DNA of 64,000 bases from Camelus dromedarius (lineage: Eukaryota). This document shows, in pieces, positions 1 to 11,393 of this stretch. The position numbers and the translations under genes are program-made. Location of the stretch: positions 115,384,001 through 115,448,000 of the forward strand of contig NC_087436.1 of assembly GCF_036321535.1 (NCBI RefSeq). Reading direction: 5' to 3'. Each line of letters begins with the position of its first letter. Positions within the stretch are counted from its first letter, which is position 1. Under the pieces are notes generated by a model, which was given only the letters and a program-made list of their open reading frames with translations, made no database searches and had not been told where the DNA came from.

Positions 1-262
1 CTTTTGAGGTTTCTCAGCAGCACTTCACTGATCGATGCCTTGTGGAACTGGTGAATGAAGTCAGGCCCAAAGTTGCCTCCTACATAGGAGAGGGGGATGC
101 CCAGGTCAAAGACGCTGTTCAGAGAGTCTCTGCACTGAGTAAGGACCACTGGCCTTCCCTCTGCCTCTGGAACACTAAGACCTCTACACTCATGGTCGGA
201 ACAAGGGACAGAAAAACAGCCAAGAAAGCTACTCCACCTGAATTCGTCTATGCCACTTAAAT
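1..262. CDS. Candidate coding exon of unknown identity, cut by the window edge; strand unresolved
   Basis: Plus frame 3..260 is stop-free (FEVSQQHFTDRCLVELVNEVRPKVASYIGEGDAQV...PPEFVYAT*), followed by AT-rich DNA and AATAAA at 478-483. The codon-aligned minus frame is also stop-free (LSGIDEFRWSSFLGCF...KASISEVLLRNLK) behind a cag| acceptor at 265-263. No homolog recognised. Confidence 0.35.
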
Positions 263-1104
263 CTGTGGCCAGATAAATGTCTTAACACTTTACTTCCAAA
301 ATCTTAAAGATCCATGATTTTCAACTGTGGTGTCACATTAGGGCCATCTAGGAGAGTTTTCTTAAAACCCCAAAGATTCTGCTACTTGGTCAGAAGTTGG
401 TTGAGGTCGTAGGTTAGAAGGAATAATGGAACTGAGGCTCAATGTGAATTAACCTAGAACAAAATGGTCGGAGACAAAATAAAGGTTTGTCTTAGGTTAT
501 AAAGCCTTATTATAACCTTATATTATACACTAGCTTGGAATGACACTTCTACAAATCTTTTTCTTTGGAATTCCAGTACTGAAAGGCAACTTTGGGATTC
601 AGAGACTGAAGGAGCTGGGTGTCATCTATTCAGCAAAGATTTAACCAAGGGTTAACACAAAACAGTTTATAACGAGCTAGGTGACAGGAGCTCCTATCAT
701 CTCCCCACGCTCCTCTCTGGGCCAAACCTCTTGGAAACATCGGCGACATGGCTTCTGTGCTCCCCCTGCTTCTTTTCACTGTCTGTCACAAAGCTGTGAC
801 TTCCAGGATTAGTGCAACTGGAAGGAGGCATGGCTGCTCCTCTGTAGCTCAAGGCTGTCCTGCCTCGCATGGATCTTTCTGCTCATAGAATGAGGTCGTT
901 ATGCTTCATCTCAGGCTCCATGTCAAAAGCTTACTAGGGTCAAGGTTGAGTTCCATGTTTTAAAAAAAAAACCATGTACCGAGGTCTACATCTCACTGGC
1001 CCCAGCTGGGAGGCAGCAAAGGTAGCAAGTTCTCTTGGCGCAGCTGGCAGGAGACGGACTGCCAGCCATTGTCTCCCTAAGGCAGGGCATCTCAGGGGTT
1101 TAGA

Positions 1105-1430
1105 TTCTGCCACTCACTGTTTCAAGCAGGGACCAGCAATGCAGACGCTGCTGGGCCCACTCAAGGACCACTGAATCAGAATCGGCATTTTCACAGGGTT
1201 CTCGTGTGATGCACATGCAGCCAAAGTTTTCAAGAAGCTCTGGTGCAGGCCAGGACGTCTTTCTCCCTCTTAGCTATATGATAAAATCGTAAGAGGAACT
1301 TTCACAAAGTACACTGAAGCCCAGGTTCTATCCAAGACCAATTCAATCATAATCGGCTGGATGGAACCTGGGTGTTAGTGTTTTCAGAAGCTCCTCATAT
1401 GACTGTGAAGCCAGGATTGAGTGGCTCTGT
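1105..1430. mobile_element. MER5A/MER5B-like hAT-Charlie fragments
   Basis: 'actgaatcagaatcggcattttcacagg...gtgatgcacatgcagccaaagttt' and 'gcccagg...ccaagaccaattcaatcataatc' resemble MER5 consensus. Confidence 0.65.
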
Positions 1431-2314
1431 GTTGAAATCCAGGAGCAAACTGTTTAAAAGTCTATGTTAGACACAGATCTAAGTTACAAACTCAAATTCG
1501 TACACACCAGCAATAAAATCAATAGTTTGATTTTCATCTAAACGATTTCACCCTCTATATCTTAATCAGTTCTGGACAATAGGAATAAGAAACAGGAATT
1601 TTACTTTGCGTCTTTGAAATGCCAACAATTAGGTCCTATATGAAATCTCTTATGGTGCTACAGAAAAATTGTAAGCCCGGACTTAGACACACTGAGTCCA
1701 GTCTGGTGGATACACACTGAAATTAAAATATTCCTTAACTTTCCTACCTGACTACAAGGGTTAATTAGGGTTATAAATGGGAAGAAGCTGGAGTGCTGTT
1801 GTCCCTTCCAGCATCATTCCTCCAACACCGCTGGAACTCCCTCCACATGCGTAAACACTCACTGGTCCCTTCTTTACATCCTAGGCATGGAGTCCAAGTG
1901 TAGTCATTTATATCTTATGTAACCTGTAACATTCCTTTGTGCAGGGGTTGGGTAGAGGAGTACCTGCCAAACGGATAGGCATTTTGAAACTTTAATTCTT
2001 CCTGGGTTGAGTAAGGGCATACACAATGGTGATGGATTTAGAATCATCCGTGAACAAAGGAGGGGGTGCAAGTTATAAAAGTCTTCCCAAGCACTTCTAA
2101 AGTTGCATTAGACAACAGTCACTCATCCTTGCAAAAAATAAAGACCACAATCTGACAGCCTATGGGGAAAATCTGGCCTGCATGTATGTGTGAAACACGT
2201 GTTTTAAATTAGCTGCTGAAAGTTAGAAATGGAGTGATCTCATATAAATTTTGGACTTCTGACTTCTCGTAGCAAATGGAAAGAACTGGAAATATGTCTT
2301 CTTATTTCAAAGCC

Positions 2315-2525
2315 TTAGTTGTTACGAAACCTTAAGCAAGTTCTATAGTTTTTAGGAATCTCAGTGTCTTTGTCTATAAAACAGGGATAAAGATATTTAC
2401 TTACCCCACATAGTTACTGTGAATATTAACTGGAGCAATATATATAACTTCCCCTGCACATTTTCTGAATTATAGTAGGATGTCAAAAAATGAAATTTTA
2501 TACCATTATTATTATTATTATTATT
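2315..2525 (+). mobile_element. MIR SINE with (TTA)n tail
   Basis: core 'ccttaagcaagtt...tctcagtgtctttgtctataaaacagggataa'. Confidence 0.7.
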
Positions 2526-2949
2526 AAATAATTTATAAAGAATTTAGAAGTACAAAATACAATAATTTTGATTTTAAGTGCCAAGGTGATATCCTTTACT
2601 GATAAGAACTGTACATAATAGTTCTTAAAGTGTATCTAGTCTGATCTAGTATAAATTTACCTGTTTTCTTTTGATTTTAATTATCACTTTTAAACAGAAA
2701 CTTCTGATCGATTTTGTTCTCCTCAAAGTTATGCAGGTGCAATTTGAATTGTGTTGACATGCACGGGCTCTGAACAGAATACTATCTGTAGTGGTGGTTG
2801 TGGAAAAAATACAGTCTTTGCAAGTTAGAGAAGCTGAATAGTTCCTGAAGACACAGCACATCACCCCAATGGACATTATTGGGATTCAGCTAGTTCAAAT
2901 TACACTTTTGAATGTAGGCAGCATTGGCCAAATACCCCTTTTTTTCTCT

Positions 2950-3625
2950 CTCTATTTTTATTAAAGTCTAGTCAGTTTTCAATGTTGTGTCAATTTCTGG
3001 GGTAAAGCACAATGCTCCAGTCATAGGAACACACACATATTCGTTTTCATGTTGTTTTTCACCATAAGTTACCACAAAATATTGAATATAGTTCCCTGTG
3101 CTATACAGTATGAACTTCTTGTTTATCTATTTTATATATATATTAGTTTGTATCTGCAAATCTTGAACTCCCATTTTATCCCTTCCTACCCCCTTCCCCA
3201 CTGGTAACCATAACTTTGTTTTCTATGTCTGTGAGTCTGTTTCTGTTTTGTAAATAAGTTTGTTTGTCTTTTTTTTTATAGTCCACATATAAGTGATATC
3301 ATATTTTTTTTCTTTTTCTAGCTTACTTCTAAACAAATGGGACCTAATTAAACTTATAAGCTTCTGCACAGCAAAGGAAACCACAAGCAAAACAAAAAGA
3401 CAACCTACAGAACTGAAGAAAATATTTGCAAAAGATGAGACCGACAAGGGCTTAATTTCCAGAATATATAAATAGCTCATACAACTTAATAATAATAATA
3501 ATAAAAAGCAAATCTAAAAATGGGCAGAAGATCTAAATGAACAATTCAACAAAGGCATACAAATAGCCCATAGGCACATGAAAAAATGCTCACTATTGCT
3601 AATTATCAGAGAAATTCAAATAAAA
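2950..3625 (-). mobile_element. 5'-truncated L1 with 5' inversion (3'UTR on minus 2950-3328; ORF2 piece on plus 3330-3625)
   Basis: T-rich tail then antisense L1 3'UTR. Plus-strand piece translates [17 protein letters not shown]...[10 protein letters not shown], the L1 ORF2 C-terminal region. Confidence 0.9.
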
Positions 3626-4159
3626 AAATTATTTTTTACAACTTTCTCCCTTAGCCGGACAAATCTTTAACTGTTTCATGCCTGCTGCATTCAGTTTAGG
3701 ACACACTGGTATATAGGACTAATTTTAATATGATGTTCAGAACATGAGTCAAGAATAGTTTAGTGTCTTAGAAACAAAAATACTTTGACGGTCATTATGT
3801 GTCTGACCCTGGGCTGGAGAGTAGGGTAGAAAGGCCAAAGAAAATGTTTGAAAGCTTAGTTTATTGCCTGAAAATTCCATTCCAGCTGTGTTTCTCTGGT
3901 ATGATATCTCAACTTTTCTGCCTAATTAAAATTGAGACATCAATTTGATACATTCAGCTGGTAAAACTTCTTGTAAAAATAAATAATATTTGCTTGAATG
4001 AAATCAGCCATGATGTCTGGGCTTGTTATAACTGCCAGTGACTTAATTGAAACACAGCTGCAGGATTAAAAACACAATAATGTTTAGCCTTTTCCAACAA
4101 GTTCACGTCTTTTATCCAATAAAATCCTTAAATCAACTTCCTAAGGTGGTTAATGAAGA

Positions 4160-4380
4160 TAATTAGTTAACACAGACTAGGTTATGCTCTGCTAACCACC
4201 AGCCTCCAAAAGTCAGTGGCTTAACAAAATAAATTAATTTCTTGCCGATACAATTTCTTGTTCATTGAAATTCCAGATGACTCGTTGATCCAGACTCCTT
4301 CTGTATTTTATTGTAACTCTACTATCTCAGGATGTGGACTCTATTCTGGCTGTAAGGAAGAGAGTTAGAACAACTTTTTT
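4160..4380 (-). mobile_element. MLT1 (MaLR) LTR fragment
   Basis: 'ctaggttatgct...aaaagtcagtggcttaacaaaataaa' matches the old MLT1 end. Confidence 0.6.
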
Positions 4381-4687
4381 CCATTAGAAATAGAATGCCA
4401 CCACAGAGGCAAGCGGCTTTGTATGAAGCAAGGCCGCATCCTTTTGCTGATCAGAGTTTAAGGACCTGGGTTATGGGCTCGGACCCTACTTAACAACAAT
4501 CAGATTCGAGCACGATTCAGGTATCATTAGCCCCAGTATTCTCTGTAGTAAATGGGATCAGCAATATTTGCCTTGCCTTCAATAAAATGATGCATTGAAA
4601 GCTCTTTGAACATTATATAATGCAACACAAAAATGAATTATTCTTATTAAGTGATCAAGACCTCCTCTGTTAAGATACTAAGTTTGT

Positions 4688-4985
4688 TGTGGTGGTCAGT
4701 CTTCTGTGTCAACATGCCTAGGCTATGGTTCCCAATTATTCAGTCAAACAGTAACCTAGGTGTGCCGTGAAGATATTTTGTAAATATGATTAAAGTCTAC
4801 AATCAGTAAACTTTAAGTTAATATTATTCTCAGCATTCTGTGTGTGCCTGATTGAATCAGTTGGAAAGCCTTAAGAACAAAACTGAGGCTTCTCTGATGA
4901 AGAAGAAATCCCACTTATGGGCTACCGTTTCATCTCCCAAAGATTCCCTGATGGATTTCAGACTTGAACTGCCACTAGACACACA
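4688..4985 (+). mobile_element. MLT2 (ERV-L) LTR fragment
   Basis: 'tgtggtggtcagtcttctgtgtcaac...cagtcaaacagtaacctagg...aatcagttggaaagccttaagaacaaaactgagg'. Confidence 0.85.
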
Positions 4986-7959
4986 GAGAAATTGTTTTTT
5001 TTTTCTTAAAATGACTGATGACACAATAATCAACATGACTTGATTCCTACCCTTAAGGACCTTTTAATGTAAGACAGTGGGACAGTGTCTGTGAAAACAC
5101 CTACAAGATAAAGAACGGAATAATAAATGACACAAAAATGAGGAGGAGGGGAAGGGAAAGTGATATTTTTGCACATGTATTACATTCTATGAACTGAACT
5201 AGGGTTTTAGGGTCTTTATAGTTGCTCACATTTAGTACAGAGCTATCTCATGGTCTGTGCAATTGCCAGTTTTGAGGAGCAGATTAAAGGCCAGAAAATT
5301 GACAGCATTTTTCCACATTTCACAAGAGAACAGGAGCTGAGACTTAAATTCAAGTCTTTGTGACTCCAAGGGACATTTTTTTTAACTGTATGAGGTGACA
5401 ATTCAGAGGGTAGATGAGGAAAGGGGAAGGGGAACATGGTGTGCACCAAATATTGGGGAAAGAGGCCGTCTTCCACCCAAACTAGTGTTCACGCGTCCGT
5501 ATCATTTCCCGTACACGGGAAGACCCTCAGTTCTCTGCCTACCTGAAACCTTCCAAGAAACCAACATGAGAAGTCAGCATTTCATGAACATTTTATGGCT
5601 TTATAACTTAAATTCCACCTGTTGATTTTTTTTTTCTTCAGACTCCTAAGTCTCTTTCATTCTGGGTTACGTTTTCATGTGGCCACTGCTAGATGTGTGA
5701 CCCACCTGAGTGTGGAGAGCCCAAGTAGACACGAGCATGCTGAATGAAGGTTTGCATTTTTAGCTAACGCTCTGAACTCAGTGTGGTTCCAGCCCTGACT
5801 TTGCAACTATCCATGTCACTCTGGACGTGTGATAGTATATGTATCTCTGAGATGTTCATCTGTGAAAGAGATGCTTTAGACAGTCTTTAAAGCACTTTGC
5901 ACATCTCACGTTCACTCGTTGCTTCAAAAATATCTCTCTGGACCTCTCTGTTAGTCTTCTGTACCAACAAGAATGACGTGGACTTTTAAGTAAGATACCA
6001 TAGGGGAGATAGTAATAAGAATTTTACATGCAATTAATATATTAGTATGTATATGTATAAAATGATATAAATCTTACCTCACTGTGGTAAGATTGAATTT
6101 TAAAATTTCCTTTCTTTCTTCCTCCCTCCCTCTCTTTTCGGCTCTGCTCTGCTGCCACTGTCGATATAAATTTGATCCGGCACATCAGCCATTGCCCTGA
6201 ATCCAGGGATGATGTGTTACCTGTCTACAAGGCAACGGGTGAGACACTTTGCGAGGCCCCTGCACTCTATATCACTGCTTCATCCTTCATCATCTCCTGG
6301 AGACAGATTCACAATTCTCAATGGTTTCACAGAATGAAAGTGTTGTTATTATTTACACTTAGTTTTCTTCCCACCTGCTTCTGCAAAAAAAAAAATGGTT
6401 TGTAGTCAAACAGAAGGAAAAGAGAAATTTGCATGCTCCATCAATCTGTGTGTCTCCTGAGATGGTGAGATTTACGCGGGCAGAGGCAGTGGTAGGAGGA
6501 GCACTAGCTGAGGAGACAGAAGACTGGCTTCTAAGTCAGAGAAAATGATTTGACAAGTGCTTCGTGAGTGCAAAACATTATCCACACATCAGGCATTCTT
6601 ATTATTCTGGGTAGTTCTTTTTTGTTTATGTTTTTATTTGCTGCAACTAGTGTAAATGTTTGAGAATACCATTCACCCCAGAATGATGGGTTTTTATTAA
6701 ACACAAACAACAACCTAATGCCTAGCTTAAAGATATCAGTTTTCTTCCAAACTTATTACCTCTTAATTAGGGACAACTGATTGTATCCAGTACTAATAGA
6801 TAACATATGCTAGGGAGAAGAGAAAGTCCAGCCAGTTGAAAATAATTATGATACGTAATTTATTAAAAATTTGTTTTCTTGGTTGCTATTATTCTAAGTT
6901 TGAACCTCATGTTGAGGCCAAAACTCACTTCTTTAGCTGTCTTTAATTTTTATATTGTTGCTTATTCTCCTGGCAGAATCCACCCATGGTCCCAATGTGG
7001 CTACCATGGTTCCGGTCATCACATCTGGAAGCAAAAATGGGACAGCATAGCCCCATCCCCATCTTCTTAAATAGCTCATTTTTTTTTTTCCCCAAGAGAG
7101 GAAACCATTCTCAGAAGTGAAGCTCTCAGCAGCCTTTCCCTGGTGCTGTTGCGTGCTGAAGTCATGTGACTCCTAGTCATTGGCTATGGCTGGGAAATAG
7201 CAGGGTTGTTCTAACCCCATCAAGATTCACACTCTGATAAGGCAAGAAAGCCAAACTCCCCTGAAGCCAAACCTTGCTGATACTTAAGCACTGGGACTGG
7301 GTAGCAAGGAAAGAAGGCATGTTGAAAAGGCAGGCAGTGGTGTCAGCAGTACTGTCTCATGCCTCCCAGTCTCCCAGACCATCCCTCCACCCCTTTCTTC
7401 TCCAGGCCACTGCACGTCCATTTCTAAAAGTAATGTTTTAATAGAGTCACAGCACGTCTTCTTGAACTGTCCAAACATAGTTTTGAAAATGCATAAATTA
7501 GCAGGGCAAATTAAACAAGTGTGTGAACAAATGCAGACATTCAATGCACACACATGTATATGGATACATATATAAAACTAAACATGGATAAGCAATTTAC
7601 TTATTATAAATATTGAAATAGTATACTTTTCTATACTGGATGTAGTAAATTAACCCCTTGTGTTAAAAAGAACGATTGAAATGATATAAATCTATTTAAT
7701 TATCTGAGCATATATGCATTTATTTAATTGTGTATAAGACTAGCTATATGCAACATATGTTAGAACATACACACGCACAAGCACATGCTTGTGGGTGTGT
7801 GGCTTGTGAGACGCAGAGAAAAATGCTCTTTTGTTTGCCACCAGCTTTAGGTAGCTTTTGTAGTGGGGTAAGTCTTCTGCTTGCTCCTCATTGCAACTTC
7901 TGAACTATTTATTCCACTAGCTACATACAGATCGAAAACCTCCTTTTAAGTATGTGTCA

Positions 7960-8330
7960 TTCAGTCTGATCGCCCGTTGCTTCCTTCTCCTTTATGGCTG
8001 TCATCAGCTGCTCACCAGTCAGTAGCCCTTCTCCGTCGATGTCTTTAAGATCTTGCTGCACAGTCTTCCTCGCTACCCCTAAGTCCTGTTGACACTGCTG
8101 GGGGTCTTCACCACCACTGTGATGACATTATCCAGTACCCTCCACTGTCGTGTTCCTAACGCTCCCCCTCCAATCACCTTGTCCCTCCCTGCTCCCGTTT
8201 TCTGGTACCCACTCCCAGAGACGTACGCTAGATCTTGTCCCATCCGTGACTGCTCAGTCTCTAAGATATCTGTTTTAAGTGCCCCAATCTGTAACAACCA
8301 TCTTTTTCTAAGTAAGAACCAGACTTTCTA
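7960..8330 (+). mobile_element. L2 LINE ORF2 remnant
   Basis: pyrimidine-rich, L2 endonuclease-region-like sequence ('ggggtcttcaccaccactgtgatgac...ctagatcttgtc'). Confidence 0.5.
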
Positions 8331-9509
8331 AACAAGCATATTTTCTCCTCTCTCAGAAAACTACTTCACATATTTCTTTCCCTTCTAAAAATTTCAGCAT
8401 CCCCTGTGCCCACACAAAAGGGTAACGGATGACCAGAGCTACTGCTACTGCATGAAGCCGATCATTTAAGCAGGATTTTGTCTTCGCACGAGGGAGATTC
8501 TGGCCTGCCTGCATCTATGTTCATATTCTCATTCTTCTATTGAAATGTGTGGACTCTCTCTTCTCTCTGATACCATCTTTCCTACTCTCGTCTAGTCAAT
8601 TTGTTCACAGGGAAAATGACCCAGTGTGTACTTTCTATTCTGTCTTATTTTCTATAATTTCCTTAAAAATAAATCTTCACATTCCCCTGCTATCCATGTA
8701 TAGAGTTGTCCCCGCTTGCTCAGTACTTTAGATGGCGCAGGTTACGTGCCAGGGAAAAAAAGCAAGACCCGCATTCTCTGTGTATTTGGGTGCTTTGCCT
8801 TGTCAGGTTGTGAGTGTAGCCACTGCACATGGGTAATTATTCTACATGCTCAGTTCTCTCTTTTATTCAATCATTCGTTGCTGCATTGTAGGTGCAAGTC
8901 CCGTCTCTTCCTCTAGTTGGCAGGGACTTTGTCTCCTTAAGCCCTAGATATTATCTGCACTGACCAAATGTAAGTGCTTGTATATGACTTCCATTTATAA
9001 AGTGAATTTCCAAGTGAACATGTTATTAGTTTCCTATTAAACCAACTGTCTTTGTCAGCAGCACTTGGATAAGTGGTGCCAGCAACATTGTTCATTTTCT
9101 CTGTCATCCGTTAACTTGTGATTTTTTGAAATCCGTTTTTGTCCCCAGAGTGCTTACATTGTCTCAGTAGAACTTTCCTCCAGCTGGTGACACCCATACA
9201 GTGGTTTATTTAAACATCTAATGACTGCTAGGGAGGCGGCAACATTTTCACGTCTCTGAGACCCTCACACTGGTGGTTTGCCACAGAGCCTTGCATCCTC
9301 AATGTTAGGTATTTCCGGTTAAAAACTAAAGCTCGGAGGCCCCTTCCACTTGGCTAGAGTCCTGAGGGGGAGTTCCACTGAGAACATTCTGAAAGCAAGA
9401 AGGGTAAGTTTCATAGAAACTTTTAATTTTTTTCGATTTTTTTGAAGGTCGTTGTATTTTCACGCTTTTGATGTGCATGAAAGCAGCACCTTTGAGATGC
9501 TGCTTCCAC

Positions 9510-9730
9510 GTGCACCCTGAGCTCTGGCAGACCTGGGCCCAGTTCTGGCTCTTCCATGTACTAGCTGGCAGGAAAGCAGTCCTCTCTGAAGATCATTTTC
9601 TAATCTGTTAAAAATGACAGTAATAACATAATCTCACAGGACTGTCAGGTGTATTCCTTTGAGTAATGCATGTGAAGTGCTCAGTACGGACCTAATGAAT
9701 GCTGGCCATTTGCGTATTGCCATTATCATT
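9510..9730 (+). mobile_element. MIR SINE
   Basis: 'cagacctggg...ttttctaatctgttaaaa...atctcacagg...aatgcatgtgaagtgctcag'. Confidence 0.75.
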
Positions 9731-10127
9731 TAGGAAACCTACATTAAGGAAATCTTCCTATACCTAATAAAATGATTCTGCCCAGATATTCTTAATCACT
9801 GTGTTATTTATAAGATTGAATAGTAAGCAAAGAGCCAAATGAGCAACATTAGAATGAAGAATATACATGATGAGATACATGTAAGTATTATAATGATGCT
9901 CGTAAATGCTTCGAAGTAGCCTGTAAATGCAGGTTGGCTTCAAAGTTAAGTAACTGAAACAGAAAATAAGATTTAATATGTGGTATGATGATTATGACAC
10001 ACAATGAATTACCCACACGTATAAACACGGTCGATACAAGCTGATGATGCTGGCTGGGATAAAGGCATACGGCCTGAAGGTTTTGCTGGCAGTGCTGGTG
10101 GAAGAGAAGCACCAGAGAGTCGCTTAC

Positions 10128-10303
10128 CTGAGCATTTTTGCATCAGCACAAGGGCTGTAACGCACTGAGGAGACAGGAAGGAGGTGATGGAACAGTAGAG
10201 ATGCCAGCGTCAGCCTAATGCTGGCAACCATGCAGTCCATCTCCTTAGCTCACTGAGGCTTCTAGGGCCAGACGCTGTTTTTTCGATGGACCTATTTCCA
10301 CCT
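10128..10303 (-). other. Candidate 176-bp spliced exon
   Basis: Minus strand: pyrimidine-rich acceptor 'tctttatttctttaccttgccttagtgtagccttttgctacag|' and consensus donor 'CAG|gtaagc'; not recognisably repetitive. Confidence 0.4.
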
Positions 10304-10369
10304 CTGTAGCAAAAGGCTACACTAAGGCAAGGTAAAGAAATAAAGATGATAGGAACCGGAATTTCCTGA

Positions 10370-10575
10370 GGGCCTACTGAGTTCCGTACAAGTTTCACAT
10401 CTTGCCTGTAATCCTCACAACCGCCCTGCAGAGCAGCTATTATGATTCCCTTTTTATAAGACAAGAAACAGGCCCAGAATAAACAGGAACATTTCTGGGT
10501 GTGCACAGTGTTTTGTAGAGCTAGCATTTGCACATGGTTTTATTAGGTCCTAAAATTCAAGTTTATTCTTTTAGA
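10370..10575 (-). mobile_element. MIR SINE
   Basis: 'taatcctcacaacc...attatgattccctttttataagacaagaaacaggcccaga'. Confidence 0.75.
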
Positions 10576-11109
10576 CCATGTGACTAAAGGTAAGAAGCTT
10601 AGCATGGGGAGAGAAGAGTTCATATTACTCAGCTGAAGTATATAGGGAAGGAGACTGAGCACTTGTCAAGAAAGGTACTGCAGGACAACACGCTTTCTTA
10701 CACAGCTTTTCCCCCCTGCTTTCTCTTTATGTATCTTCCTGCTTCATTCTAACTTGTACCTCAGGCCTGAGTCAGATTCCTCAAGCAAAAGTCTCCCTAC
10801 TTTGCTCCAAAATGTCCCCACTATTAGCGGCACGTGTAGTTTTCTTAGAAGAGCATTCAGTATCCTCTGGCTCTGGTCTCACCTCATCCCCATCCCAGCG
10901 TCCTCTCCCACGATGCGCACACCACCTCTTCTCTCTAGTCTGACTGGTCCGCCAGCATCCCACCTTTGCATCCTACGATGTTTGACTGGATTCTCTCTTT
11001 CACCTTTCCACTTGCGTCGTCCTCCCCCCGTCACCACCCTGGGAACGCATGCCCTTCTTCTGCAAGCTTGGAAAGCTTAGAGTCTAATAGAAAAGTTCTT
11101 GTTCTTCTC

Positions 11110-11393
11110 TGAAGGATAAAGGAACTGGGATTGAGATTTGCAGATACTAATATATATATAAAATGGATAAACAACAAATTCATACTGTACAGCACAGGAA
11201 ACTATATTCAATATCTTGTAGTAACTTATGGTGAAAAAGAATATGAAAATGAATATATGTATATTCTATGTGATTGAAGTGTGCTGTACACCAGAAATTG
11301 ACACAACATTGTAAACTGACTATACTTCAATCAATCAATAAATATAAATATATATACACACACATATATATATATATGATGAATTAAAAAAAG
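11110..11393 (+). mobile_element. Young L1 3' end (camelid-type 3'UTR) with A/AT-rich tail
   Basis: 'gagatttgcagatactaa...ggataaacaacaa...ccagaaattgacacaacattgtaaactgactatacttcaa'. Confidence 0.9.

Noticed and set aside
3..260. Resemblance of VRPKVASYIGEGDAQVKDAV to the RBM25 PWI segment IRPWINKKIIEYIGEEEATLVDFV
   Set aside because: Only a few scattered identities and the flanks do not match, so no gene symbol was assigned
494..518. 9-bp-stem hairpin (aggttataa/ttataacct); a similar one at ~6070-6094
   Set aside because: Short AT-rich inverted repeats are expected by chance in 64 kb
3223..3480. ORFs 3223..3480 and 3293..3475
   Set aside because: L1 ORF2 and 3'UTR fragments, not host genes
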